Source of the DNA: Macrostomum lignano
Lineage: Eukaryota
Direction: 5' to 3'
Assembly: GCA_002269645.1 (NCBI GenBank)
Contig: NIVC01001575.1
Location: forward strand, 1-37,400
Length of the DNA stretch: 37,400 nucleotides
Part shown: positions 13,100 to 24,475 of the stretch, in pieces
Numbering within the stretch: position 1 is the stretch's first letter
Layout: each line of letters starts with the position of its first letter
Translations under genes and position numbers: made by a program
Notes under the pieces: generated by a model
Databases searched by the model: none
Seen by the model: the letters and a program-made list of their open reading frames with translations, nothing else
Told to the model about the DNA's origin: nothing

Positions 13100-14500
13100 G
13101 AAGAGAGTGACGGAGGCTATGAAAGAGTGAGGGAGGCTATGAAAGAGTGAGGGAGGCTATGAAAGAGTGAGGGAGGCTATGACAGAGTGAGGGAGGCTAT
13201 GACAGAGTGAGGGAGGCTATGAGAGTGAGGGAGGCTATGAAAGAGTGAGGGAGGCCATGAAAGAGTGAGGGAGGCCATGAAAGAGTGAGGGAGGCCATGA
13301 CAGAGTGAGGGAGGCTATGACAGAGTGTGAGAGACTATGAGAGTGAGGGAGACTATGAGAGAGTGAGAGACTATGAGAGAGTGAGAGACTATGAGAGAGT
13401 GAGAGACTATGAGAGAGTGAGAGACTATGAGAGAGTGAGAGACTATGAGAGAGTGAGAGACTATGAGAGAGTGAGAGACTATGAGAGAGTGAGAGACTAT
13501 GAGAGAGTGAGAGACTATGAGAGAGTGAGAGACTATGAGAGAGTGAGAGACTATGAGAGAGTGAGAGACTATGAGAGAGTGAGAGACTATGAGAGAGTGA
13601 GAGACTATGAGAGAGTGAGAGACTATGAGAGTGAGGGAGACTATGAGAGAGTGAGAGACTATGAGAGTGAGGGAGACTATGAGAGAGTGAGAGACTATGA
13701 GAGAGTGAGAGACTATGAGAGTGAGGGAGACTATGAGAGAGTGAGAGACTATGAGAGAGTGAGAGACTATGAGAGTGAGGGAGGCTATGAGAGAGTGAGA
13801 GAGACTGGAAGAGAGTTAGGGAGACTATAAGACAGTGAGAGAGACTATGAGAGAGTGAGAGACTATGAGAGAGTGAGAGACTATGAGAGAGTGAGAGACT
13901 ATGAGAGAGTGAGAGACTATGAGAGAGTGAGAGACTATGAGAGAGTGAGAGACTATGAGAGAGTGAGAGACTATGAGAGAGTGAGAGACTATGAGAGAGT
14001 GAGAGACTATGAGAGTGAGGGAGACTATGAGAGAGTGAGAGACTATGAGAGTGAGGGAGACTATGAGAGAGTGAGAGACTATGAGAGAGTGAGAGACTAT
14101 GAGAGAGTGAGAGACTATGAGAGAGTGAGAGACTATGAGAGAGTGAGAGACTATGAGAGTGAGGGAGACTATGAGAGAGTGAGGGACTATGAGAGTGAGG
14201 GAGACTATGAGAGAGTGAGAGACTATGAGAGAGTGAGAGACTATGAGAGAGTGAGAGACTATGAGAGAGTGAGAGACTATGAGAGAGTGAGAGACTATGA
14301 GAGAGTGAGAGACTATGAGAGAGTGAGAGACTATGAGAGAGTGAGAGACTATGAGAGAGTGAGAGACTATGAGAGAGTGAGAGACTATGAGAGAGTGAGA
14401 GACTATGAGAGAGTGAGAGACTATGAGAGAGTGAGAGACTATGAGAGTGAGGGAGACTATGAGAGAGTGAGAGACTATGAGAGGGTGAGGGAGACTATGA
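13100..14500. repeat. Minisatellite with a 20-bp unit (GAAAGAGTGAGGGAGGCTAT) grading into an 18-bp unit (GAGAGAGTGAGAGACTAT), about 1.4 kb
   Basis: 20-bp units at 13120-13330, then 18-bp units with a GAGAGTGAGGGAGACTAT variant. One interruption at about 13790-13845. Confidence 0.97.
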
Positions 14501-15025
14501 GCAGCGCTAGCAGAGAGAGAGAGAGTTCGCATAACAGAGAGATGTTAAGCAAGAGAGCACAGCAGGCCCAAGTGAGATGTCAGAATGTAAGCCGCAGTGA
14601 TGGATCAAAGCCTGACCAGCTGGAAGGGTAGAAAATCAATGGCGTCTCTGGGGATGGAGATCCTGGCTTATTGAAGGAAGGAAATGTACTCGATGGATAA
14701 ATTTGTTGGATTGTTTGACTGGGTAGGGACTGGATGGACTGCTGGCCGGGGCCGAAAGGAATTATCGACCAGTGGGCGGTGGGGTCTCCAGTTCGTAGTA
14801 CAAATTTTTAATTTATCAATCAGACTGTACTCGTATGCAGACTGGCCATTTCTGTGCTCTATATATATAAATATATATAAGGAATTTGTACTTTTAGCGA
14901 CATCAAATACAGCCGTCAATGTAGGCTAACACTGCAGCTATATTCAATTAAATATTTACTACTATACAATTATTATTGATTATTAATTCGAAGCTATAAT
15001 TGAATATATATATTGGTGCGCTATA

Positions 15026-15715
15026 TCTGAGACATGAGCTGCCATATTTGAGACATGAGCTGCCATATTTGAGACATGAGGTGCCATATTTGAGACATGA
15101 GCTGCCATATTTGAGACATGAGCTGCCATATTTGAGACATGAGCTGCCATATTTGAGACATGAGCTGCCATATTTGAGACATGAGCTGCCATATTTGAGT
15201 CATGAGCTGCCATATTTGAGACATGAGCTGCCGTATTTGAGACATGAGGTGCCATATTTGAGACATGAGGTGCCATATTTGAGACATGAGCTGCCATATT
15301 TGAGACATGAGGTGCCATATTTGAGACATGAGGTGCCATATTTGAGACATGAGCTGCCATATTTGAGAAATGAGGTGCCATATTTGAGACATGAGGTGCC
15401 ATATTTGAGACATGAGGTGCCATATTTGAGACATGAGCTGCCATATTTGAGACATGAGGTGCCATATTTGAGACATGAGCTGCCATATTTGAGACATGAG
15501 GTGCCATATTTGAGACATGAGCTGCCATATTTGAGACATGAGGTGCCATATTTGAGACATGAGCTGCCATATTTGAGACATGAGCTGCCATATTTGAGAC
15601 ATGAGGTGCCATATTTGAGACATGAGGTGCCGTATTTGAGACATGAGCTGCCGTATTTGAGACATGTATCAAATCTGAGACATGAGCTGCCATATTTGAG
15701 ACATGAGGTGCCACA
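15026..15715. repeat. 21-bp minisatellite (TTTGAGACATGAG[C/G]TGCCATA), about 33 copies
   Basis: Tandem units with two interspersed variants (gagctg/gaggtg). Confidence 0.97.
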
Positions 15716-15768
15716 CTTTAAGAGACCCCAGGGCAGCATAGTCCAAGACAGCAGACACCACAACCTAC

Positions 15769-15941
15769 CTGGGTTTGTAGGCCAATTTAACGCAGAGCTC
15801 GCTCAGACGAATCGCCTGCAGAACCTCGCGAGTTCGCAAGCCTTCAAGCCGGCGCTCGTTGATTCGCACGATTTCGTCCCCGATTTTTAGGCCAGCGCAG
15901 GCCGCCACCGAGTTGCGGACTACGTGAGTGATGAAGAAGGC
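15769..15941 (-). CDS. Tandem-PDZ protein exon: remainder of PDZ1 (AFFITHVVRNSVAACAGLKIGDEIVRINERRLEGLRTREVLQAIRLSELCVKLAYKP)
   Basis: Not in the ORF track (no start codon). Acceptor ctctgcag and donor AG|GTAGGT; 173 nt, phase 0 in and 2 out. Contains the PDZ motif GLKIGDEIVRIN. Confidence 0.9.
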
Positions 15942-15946
15942 CTGCA

Positions 15947-16370
15947 GAGGGGTGGGCGGATTCTGCAGGGGCGGATTTCTGAGGGGCGGATTCTCAAGGG
16001 GCAGATTTCTGACGGGCGGATTCTCACGAGACGGATTCCCGAGGGGCGGATTTCTGAGGGGCGGATTCTCACGAGACGGATTCCCGAGGGGCGGATTTCT
16101 GAGGGGCGGATTCTCACGAGACGGATTTCCGAGGGGCGGATTTCTGAGGGGCGGATTCTCACGAGACGGATTTCCGAGGGGCGGATTTCTGAGGGGCGGA
16201 TTCTGGAGTGGCGGATTTCTGAAGAGCAGATTTCTGAGGGGTGGATTCTTAAAGAGTGGATTCCTAAGAGACGGATTCTAAAGGAGCGGATTTCTGAGGG
16301 CGAGGGGCGGATTTCTAAGGGGCGGATTCTCAAGGGGCAGATTTCCGGAGGCGGATTCCCGGGGGCGGAC
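15947..16370. repeat. 15-bp GC-rich minisatellite (GAGGGGCGGATTTCT variants) with a 45-bp higher-order unit
   Basis: Fills about 95% of the 444-nt intron 15942-16385. Confidence 0.95.
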
Positions 16371-16385
16371 AGCAAAGCCGCTCAC

Positions 16386-16997
16386 CTCGCCGATCGCTTC
16401 TACTTTCATGCCGTAGGGCTCGTCGTTGTGCCGGCCGAGGCTGATCTCGCGCACCTCCTGGAAGCCGCAGCCGGCTGTGGCGGCAGCAGCGGCCGCGGCG
16501 GCAGCTTGAAGGATGTAGGCTGTGCCTCCACCGCTGCCGTCGCCAGCAGCAGCAGCTCTGTGCAGCCCGTTAATCGGCAGCGGCGGAGGTTTTGACGGCG
16601 GCGGCGGCAGTTGCTGCTGTTGATGGTCGCGCTGTCGGCGTTCAGAAACTCGCCAGACACCGCCGCCGCCGCTGCTGCTCTCAGCGCCGCTAGACGCCGG
16701 ATCATCAAGGCTGGTCGAGTCACCCCGGTCGCTGTCGGCGACCTCCTTCGCCGTCGCTGCCGCAGCCGACAAGTCAAGATGAAGCGGCTGCGGCTGCTGC
16801 AAAACTGGCGGTGAAGTTCGGGCAGCTGCGGCTGCGACTTCTCCGTTAATTGCGGGCGACTGAGGCGGCGACGAAGGCAGCTGTTCGGGGTCGCCTTCAA
16901 CACGGCTCTCGACCTCGCCCTCGCCGTGCCCGCGATAGCTTCTCACTGTGTCCGTGCCGTCGTCATACGCTGAGCCGTGATCGTCGCAAAAGTACAT
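16386..16997 (-). CDS. Tandem-PDZ protein exon: low-complexity N-terminal region (poly-A/P/Q/G) and start of PDZ1 (VREISLGRHNDEPYGMKVEAIGE)
   Basis: High-GC ORF with donor GAG|GTGAGC at 16385, phase 0 into the next exon. The 5' boundary is uncertain: ATG at 16997, or an upstream acceptor (frame is open to about 17055). Confidence 0.82.
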
Positions 16998-18288
16998 GCC
17001 GTCTGGGCATATCGCTGCTGACGAGTTGATCTCGCGAAGAGTTATGGTTATGAGTTATATCCTGGCTGTCCGTCAGTCCGTCTGCCCTGTCCTTTTGTCC
17101 TACCTCCGAATTAGGTCACTTGGGAAAGAAGGCGCGACCTCTTAAGGCTGCTATTGTTTTGTCGTAACAACAGAAAAAAAGAAGAGAATTTCCCTAAGCT
17201 CTGTATTATTGAACTGACTGAGGAATTGAATGTATTGTATATATATAAAATTTGTGTGTGTGCGTGTATAGTTCACGCTATTCCTAATTCTCTTGCTCTA
17301 AAAGATTGAGGCCAGACAGAGAGAGGGGAGAGGAGAGAATAAGAGGGAGAGAGAGAAGGAGAGGCCGGGTTGGCTGGGGAGCTGAGACACGAGAGGAAAG
17401 AAAGGCGCAGAGCGTAGCGCCAATAAAAATAAAAGCCAGAGGATGAAGGGCGGGAGGTTGGCCAGCCTTCACCCCCGCCACCCCCGATCCCAGCTCCCGT
17501 CGTCACCCCCCCCCCAAGTTGGGTCGACCGACCTCGCCAAGCAGCCTCAGCCGCTACTGCGGGGTCTCTCATTCTCACGCACTTCTGCTTGTGGCTGCTG
17601 CTATAGGGGGGTTGGGGATTAGCTCCACCTATGAGGCTTAATACCTCATCCAGCCCTAGGGCCAGGCCGTAAAGGCATCCCAGTCCAGCCCAGGTCCGTA
17701 GGGGGGGGGGGATAAAGTGCCGCACGTGCGTCGGGCTTGAGGTGGACTGACCCAGGCAAGGAATTCTATAAGGATAGTAAGCTCGTATTGGCATTGAAGA
17801 ATTTGGGGGCAGAGGATGACTGAAGGATTGCCCATTTGTGGGATCACGATCCTTCGCGCTGCCTTCTCTTCCCTCCCCTGCCCCAATCCCAACCCCTCAT
17901 TTTCAATGCCCAATGCTTTACACTTATAAGTCCCTGCCTTGATTCCCCCCTCCGCAGATTCCATCCACTTGTGTTCATCAAGAGGCTGGCGCGGGCGGGT
18001 TATGAGGCTGGAGAGAAGAGCGCTGCTGAGTCTGCGGGGCAGGCAATGGGAGGCAATGGGCGGAGGGGAAATCACTACTCAGTAAGTAAATCAATCGATG
18101 CTAAGCCAGTTTTCTGTCCTTGTGGGTTTATAAGAAATTCTGGGCATTGGCAGCGCTGTGAAATCGATGGTTGGCATCTCATCGGATTATTGGTCGGGCG
18201 TGAAATCTTCTTGTCCGCTGCTCAGCTGTTTTGTCTCAGTCCACTTTTGCTCTAGTCTCATAGCCTAGTACTCCTGCGTAATCTAATG

Positions 18289-19697
18289 TTGAGATTAGAC
18301 AGTAATCTGAAACTAGACAGTAATCTGAGGTTAGACATCCAGGTGAGATTAGACACCAGTGTGACATTGGACACCAGTGTAAGATTAGACACCAGAGTGA
18401 GATTAGACCCCAGACTGAGATTAGACACCAGAGTGAGATTAGACACCAGACTGAGATTAGACCCCAGAGTGAGATTAGACACCAGACTGAGATTAGACCC
18501 CAGACTGAGATTAGACACCAGAGTGAGATTAGACACCAGAGTGAGATTAGACACCAGACTGAGATTAGACACCAGAGTGAGATTAGACACCAGAGTGAGA
18601 TTAGACACCAGAGTGAGATTAGACCCAAGACTGAGATTAGACACCAGACTGAGATTAGAGACCAAACTGAGATTAGACACCAGACTGAGATTAGACACCA
18701 GACTGAGATTAGACACCAGAGTTAGATTAGACACCAGAGTGAGATTAGACACCAGAGTGAGATTAGACCCCCATTTAGAGTGAGATTACACCAGACTGAG
18801 ATTAGACACCAGAGTGAGATTAGACACCAGACTGAGATTAGACACAGACTAAGATTAGACACCAGACTGAGATTAGACACCAGACTGAGATTAGACACCA
18901 GTGTGAGATTAGACAGCATGCAGAGTGAGATTAGACACCAGAGTGAGATTAGACCCAAGACTGAGATTAGACACCAGAGTGAGATTAGACACCAGACTGA
19001 GATTAGACACCAGACTGAGATTAGACACCAGACTGAGATTAGACACCAGACTGAGATTAGACACCAGACTGAGAATAGACACCAGAGTGAGATTAGACAC
19101 CAGTGTGAGATAAACAGCATGCAGAGTGAGATTAGACACCAGAGTGAGATTAGACACCAGACTGAGATTAGACACAGACTGAGATTAGACACCAGAGTGA
19201 GATTAGACACCAGAGTGAGATTAGACACCAGAGTGAGATTAGACACCAGACTGAGATTAGACACAGACTGAGATTAGACACCAGAGTGAGATTAGACACC
19301 AGACTGAGATTAGACACCAGACTGAGATTAGACACCAGACTGAGATTAGACCCCAGAGTGAGATTAGACACCAGACTGAGATTAGACCCCAGACTGAGAT
19401 TAGACACCAGAGTGAGATTAGACACCAGAGTGAGATTAGACACCAGACTGAGATTAGACACCAGACTGAGATTAGACACCAGAGTGAGATTAGACACCAG
19501 AGTGAGATTAGACACCAGACTGAGATTAGACACCAGACTGAGATTAGACACCAGACTGAGATTAGACACCAGAGTGAGATTAGACACCAGACTGAGATTA
19601 GACACCAGAGTGAGATTAGACACCAGACTGAGATTAGACACCAGACTGAGATTAGACACCAGAGTGAGATTAGACACCAGACTGAGATTAGACACCA
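18289..19697. repeat. 18-bp minisatellite (GAGATTAGACACCAGA[CT/GT]), about 1.4 kb
   Basis: Tandem units with ct/gt variants. Interrupting modules (cagcatgcagagt at about 18913 and 19116) recur, showing block duplication. Confidence 0.97.
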
Positions 19698-20380
19698 TGA
19701 GGGATCAGTATAGCTCAATAAATTGCAGGCTAGCTGTGCCCAAAATTGGCTTGCCGCGATAAAGTGAATCAGTCTCGATTCAACCCAACGCCCAGAGCTA
19801 ATGGCACACACTGCGGTCAGTGGCGGGGTTAGGGTGAAGCAAATGAGGCGGCCCAGTTGGCCTGATTAAGGGATTAGAGTTGCCTAGAGTGGCTGGGCAG
19901 GTCTACAGAGACTTCGGCTCTCAGCTCTTGACTGACTGAGAGAATAAGTGACAGCCGCAGTAGCGTGGCGAAGGGATCAGAGCCCTCACTGCCTCCTCCC
20001 CAATTATGGGTCGCACACAAGAAGCAGCAGCCGCCCCGAGGGCGTCACGCAAAGCCAAGCAAATTTGAGTTGAATTCCTACTCTGCTCACAGTGAGCACT
20101 AAAGATAATAAGCGAATAGGTTTAGACTGAGGTGAGATAATTTGCGAAGCAGTAAACTGGCTGAGAGGGTGGCAGATTAGAGGAGGAGAGAGGAATTGCT
20201 GATTTGAAAGTGCCAAGCCGGTAATAAAAAACCTTTGTTCTATTATACAGTGACTTGTGGACAAAGCAAATGATCTCGGTCCACTAATAACACCTGACTG
20301 AAGCATACTTCACTGAGAGTCTCGCGTTCAGTTTTGTGCGATTGTCCCTGTGTTTCGGAAAAATGCGACAGTTAAAATCT

Positions 20381-20899
20381 TGAGAATCTCGACCTAGAGA
20401 ATCTCGACTCTTGAGAGAATCTCGACCTTGAGAGAAGCTCGACCTTGAGAATCTCCACTCTTGAGAGAAGCTCGACCTAGAGAATCTCGACCTTGAGAAT
20501 CTCGACCTTGAGAATCTTGACTCTTGAGAGAATCTCGACCTTGAGAGTCTCGACCTAGAGAATCTCGACCTTGAGAGAAGCTCGACCTAGAGAATCTCGA
20601 CTCTTGAAAGAATCTCGACCTTGAGAGTCTCGAACTGAAGAATCTCGACCTTGAGAATCTCGACTCTTGAGAGAAGCTCGACCTTGAGAGTCTCGAACTG
20701 GAGAATCTCGACCTTGAGAATCTCGACCTTGAGAATCTCGACCTTGAGAATCTCGACCTTGAGAATCTCGACCTTGAGAATCTCGACCTTGAGAAACTCG
20801 ACCTTGAGAATCTCGACCTTGAGAATCTCGACCTTGAGAATCTCGACCTTGAGAATCTCGACCTTGAGAATCTCGACCTTGGGAATCTGGACTCTTGAG
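20381..20899. repeat. 15-bp minisatellite (GAGAATCTCGACCTT) with 17-bp variants
   Basis: Tandem units, purest at 20700-20880. Confidence 0.95.
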
Positions 20900-21290
20900 A
20901 AACTGCTGAAAACTGATCGCGACTCTCCGAAGCCAGACAATTAATAACAAACCAGTGAGAAGTGCTGGCGATAGGGATTGAATGGAATAAGGGTTCATTT
21001 CCGACCATTTCAATTCCATTAAATGCAGCTGTCACAACGCAGAGTAAATAGACAGACTATGACAGAGCACTATACAATCAATGAGTTATGACTTTATGAG
21101 TAAATTTGAACTGGCGTTCCACACACTATGTTCCTATTTATTCAATCAGGCAATCAATCAATTTATGAACGAATTTGTTCTAGAATAGAACTTTATTTGA
21201 AACGAGTGAAAAAACCAGTGCAACTTTTATTGACAATTGCTTTGTTAAATTGGGTCACTCAGAGACTTTTTCTGCGATTTCCGCTGAAGA

Positions 21291-22008
21291 CGCTATTACA
21301 TCAATCTTAGGCACTCTTACATCAATCTTAGGCGCTCTTGGATCAATCTTAGTCACTCTTACATCAATCTTAGGCGCTATTAGATCAATCTTGGGCGCTA
21401 TTAGACCAATCTTAGGCGCTATTAGAGCAATCTTAGGCGCTATTAGAGCAATCTTAGGCGCTATTAGAGCAATCTTAGGCGCTATTAGAGCAATCTTAGG
21501 CGCTATTAGAGCAATCTTAGACGCTATTGAATCAATCTTAGTCACTCTTACATCAATTTTGGGCGCTATTAGACCAATCTTAGGCGCTATTAGATTAATC
21601 TTAGGCGCTATTAGAGCAATCTTAGGCGCTATTAGAGCAATCTTATACGCTATTGGATCAATCTTAGTCACTCTTACATCAATCTTAGGCGCTATTAGAT
21701 CAATCTTAGGCGCTATTAGAGCAATCTTAGACGCTATTAGAGCAATCTTATACGCTATTGGATCAATCTTAGTCACTCTTACATCAATCTTAGGCGCTAT
21801 TAGATCAATCTTAGGCGCTATTAGAGCAATCTTAGACGCTATTAGAGCAATCTTATACGCTATTGGATCAATCTTAGTCACTCTTACATCAATCTTAGGC
21901 GCTATTAGAGCAATCTTAGGCGCTATTAGAGCAATCTTAGGCGCTAATAGAGCAATCTTAGGCGCTATTAGAGCAATCTTAGGCGCTAATAGAGCAATCT
22001 TAGGCTAC
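21291..22008. repeat. 21-bp minisatellite (ATCTTAGGCGCTATTAGAGCA) with a 105-bp (5-unit) higher-order repeat
   Basis: The variant tatacgc recurs at 21644, 21749 and 21854, i.e. 105-bp spacing. Confidence 0.96.
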
Positions 22009-22964
22009 TAGCTATACTTCAATTTTGACCAGCCCTAAGGCTTTCACAGATGGATTCCGATTGCAATGCCAAAACTCATCAATATACCAATATCAGCTTC
22101 AGCAAATCCAAAGCTAACCTCAGTGCAAACTGGTCATGGTCAGGTTTCTTGGCGATCATCAATTATACAACAGATCCCAATACCCACCTGGGCAGGTGAA
22201 AAAAAAAGTAAAGCCATTCCCATTCGTGGCCATACTCCAAGATTCGAAGATCTCAAAGCCGAAAAATAAGAAGCGGTGTCTGTTGGTAGGGTCCAGCGAA
22301 ATCAATGCTTGTAAGCTTCTGTATGAGGGGATTAGCATTATGGGTCTGGCTGGGAAACTCTGGAGCTATTCCTTCTCCAAAGTTTGAAGATTTAAGCGTC
22401 TCACATTTTACCCACATCGTCTGAGTGGCAGCAGACGACTTGTGCGGTCAAGTTGCCGGGGGAGACCCTCCCATGACAGACAAAATTCCGTTACAGGATC
22501 CCATGGCTGCCACGCAACTGCCAAGGCCTGCTAAGTTGTTTCCTAAAGCTGCACAGCTTTTTCCCTTCCCTCCCCCCAGGACGAGGGCTGCGCACGCGGG
22601 ACCCCAGTCTCCAAGTGGAGTGTGGGTTGTGAAGACAGCCAAAATCCTTTTTTCTCTGGGAGTTGTTCAGCGTGTCCCCAAATCACACGCAGGTTTAACT
22701 GGTCTACAACCCTCTTTTTCTGCAACACCGGAATAGAAGAAAGAGGAACGGGCCATGCGGTCCGCAGTCGCTGGACTGCCACATCATGCGATCTTCGCTT
22801 CTCATTGTATTTCATGACTTCAATAGCCTTTCTTCTCAGTCAACCAACCAGAGGGACATGGAGTTCTAAATACAGCAACTGGAGTTTGTAGCCGTGGTTG
22901 TTGTTGTCATTAGTTAATCCTGAGCGCGCAGCACGCACCTCGGATATCTACGACTACCAATCTA

Positions 22965-23010
22965 CCATAGACAATTGAAGAGGATTTTTCTAGACTGAAT
23001 TTGTCTATGG
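22965..23010. mobile_element. 46-bp mini inverted-repeat module CCATAGACAA...TTGTCTATGG
   Basis: 10-bp perfect terminal inverted repeat. Size and ends are similar to the 45-bp module inside the foldback arms (2576-2620, 2733-2777), but the interior differs. Confidence 0.5.
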
Positions 23011-23040
23011 CCAAACCGCATTCAGCGTTATGTTGTCATA

Positions 23041-23518
23041 TAGGTTTTGTCAGCCTAACTGAGAATAAAGCCATCCAAAGTGAGAATTCTGCCTACGCTG
23101 ACTGCGAAGGGCCTGGCTGCGTGCAGCCTTAGTCTATGGGCCATAGACTATAATGGATAAGCAAAGTGATAAAAAGCCATCCAATGTGAGAATCCTGCCT
23201 ACGCTGAATACGAAGGGCCTAGCTGCATCCAGCCTAGTCTATGAGCCATAGACTATAAAGGACAAGCAAAGTGTGTTCCTGTTTCCGTTATTCCGTTCAA
23301 GCTATTGGCTAGTCATATGGCTCAGAAGGTATAAAAATAAAATAATACGACACATAGACCAATCGATTCTCACATTGGATTGCTTTTTATCACTTTGCTT
23401 GTCCTTTATTGTCTATGGCCCATAGACTAAGGGTGCACGCAGCCAGGCCCTTCGCAGTCAGCGTAGGCAGGATTCTCATTTTGGGTGGCTTTATTCTCAG
23501 TTAGGCTGACAAAAGCAA
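23041..23518. mobile_element. MITE with about 154-bp TIRs and an internal 105-106-bp tandem module; possible TA TSD
   Basis: 23041-23194 is the reverse complement of 23365-23518 with few mismatches. The module at 23067 is repeated at 23173 and carries the near-palindrome TAGTCTATGGGCCATAGACTA. TA at 23039-40 and 23519-20. Confidence 0.85.
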
Positions 23519-23629
23519 TACTAAATGCACCAGCGATGCAACAAATATGACGGTCCCTATCGCCCGGGTTCTACTTCAGCTGTCCATGAACGCACTCCCT
23601 GCCTTGGACTGAATAAAGTGTATTTACTG

Positions 23630-23695
23630 TGTAGCCGCGCGCGGAATCGAACCCGGGGACCACTTTGACGAGTTTCCGCTTTCCACTCCAGATGC
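23630..23695 (-). mobile_element. tRNA-like fragment / possible SINE head (Pol III B box)
   Basis: Minus strand reads gtggtccccgGGTTCGATTCCgcgcgcggcta, with the B box at 23643-23653. The A box is degenerate and a full cloverleaf cannot be built. Confidence 0.4.
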
Positions 23696-23969
23696 TGTAT
23701 TTGTATCTCCATCAATCAGCCAAGTGGAATTGCTGGGAAGTGAAAAAAAAACACATTGAAGAGCTCTGACACGATTCAGCACACCTACCAACGGCTGGGG
23801 AGGAGAGCCTATAGCAGCTATTCATATTATAACAAGGTGAGAAAATTAAACCATAATTTTCAACTTGAATTGCTAGTCCTTTGGAAGAGGATCAGATCCT
23901 TTTATTGTTATTTTTAGTTCTCTCGCAAATTTTTTTCCTAGCCAATGTATTCCCATCATTGAGGAGCAG

Positions 23970-24475
23970 AGCTTTCCAGGAAACCTTTGCGTTCTATTGC
24001 CTGCACCTCTGAAACTTTCCAGGAAATCTAACTTTCCAGGAAACCTTTGCGTTCTGACTTCCAGGAAATCTAACTTTCCAGGAAACCTTTGCGTTCTATT
24101 GCCTGAAACTCTGAAACTTTCCAGGAAATCTAACTTTCCAGGAAACCTTTGCGTTCTGGGGGGTGTTTCTCGAAACTCACGTAAGTTCTATGGTAAGTTA
24201 GATCGTAAGAAAGAAATTTACGTGTAGCGTAAGTTTGCTCGTAAGACGCTTTCTCAAAACTCACTTAGACTTTGCGTGGCTTACGCTGTTCGTAAGTCGT
24301 ATCTGAAACGAAAAGTTACATGTCTATGGTCATAAATCTGCAAATATCTTTACTTAGTCTATCGTAAGTTGCTTTCGAGAAAGACCCCCTGACTTCCAGG
24401 AAATCTAACTTTCCAGGAAACCTTTGCGTTCTATTGCCTGAAACTCTGAAACTTTCCAGAAAATCTAACTTTCCA
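23970..24475. repeat. Compound tandem array (AACTTTCCAGGAAATCT / AACTTTCCAGGAAACCTTTGCGTTCT modules) interrupted by a MITE
   Basis: The same modules are present on both sides of the 24159-24388 insertion. Confidence 0.9.
24159..24388. mobile_element. PIF/Harbinger-like MITE, 230 bp, CTG target duplication
   Basis: TIRs GGGG(G)TGTTTCTCGAAA and TTTCGAGAAAGACCCC. About 7 internal CGTAAG/CTTACG motifs. CTG at 24156-58 and 24389-91; the empty site GTTCTGACTTCC is at 24051-24062. A 2-bp TG TSD reading is also possible. Confidence 0.75.

Noticed and set aside
13327-15890. Long RDYERV, LRHELPY and AAHVSNM ORFs
   Set aside because: They come from 18- and 21-bp minisatellites with unit lengths divisible by 3, are open on both strands, and lie inside a PDZ-gene intron.
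18236-22011. LDTRVR, VEILK and ILGAIRA repeat ORFs (the last mimics a heptad coiled coil)
   Set aside because: ORF limits coincide with array limits and multiple frames and strands are open. No splice or domain context.
23630-23700. Intact tRNA gene
   Set aside because: Only the T-arm/B box is convincing; acceptor, D and anticodon stems cannot be formed.
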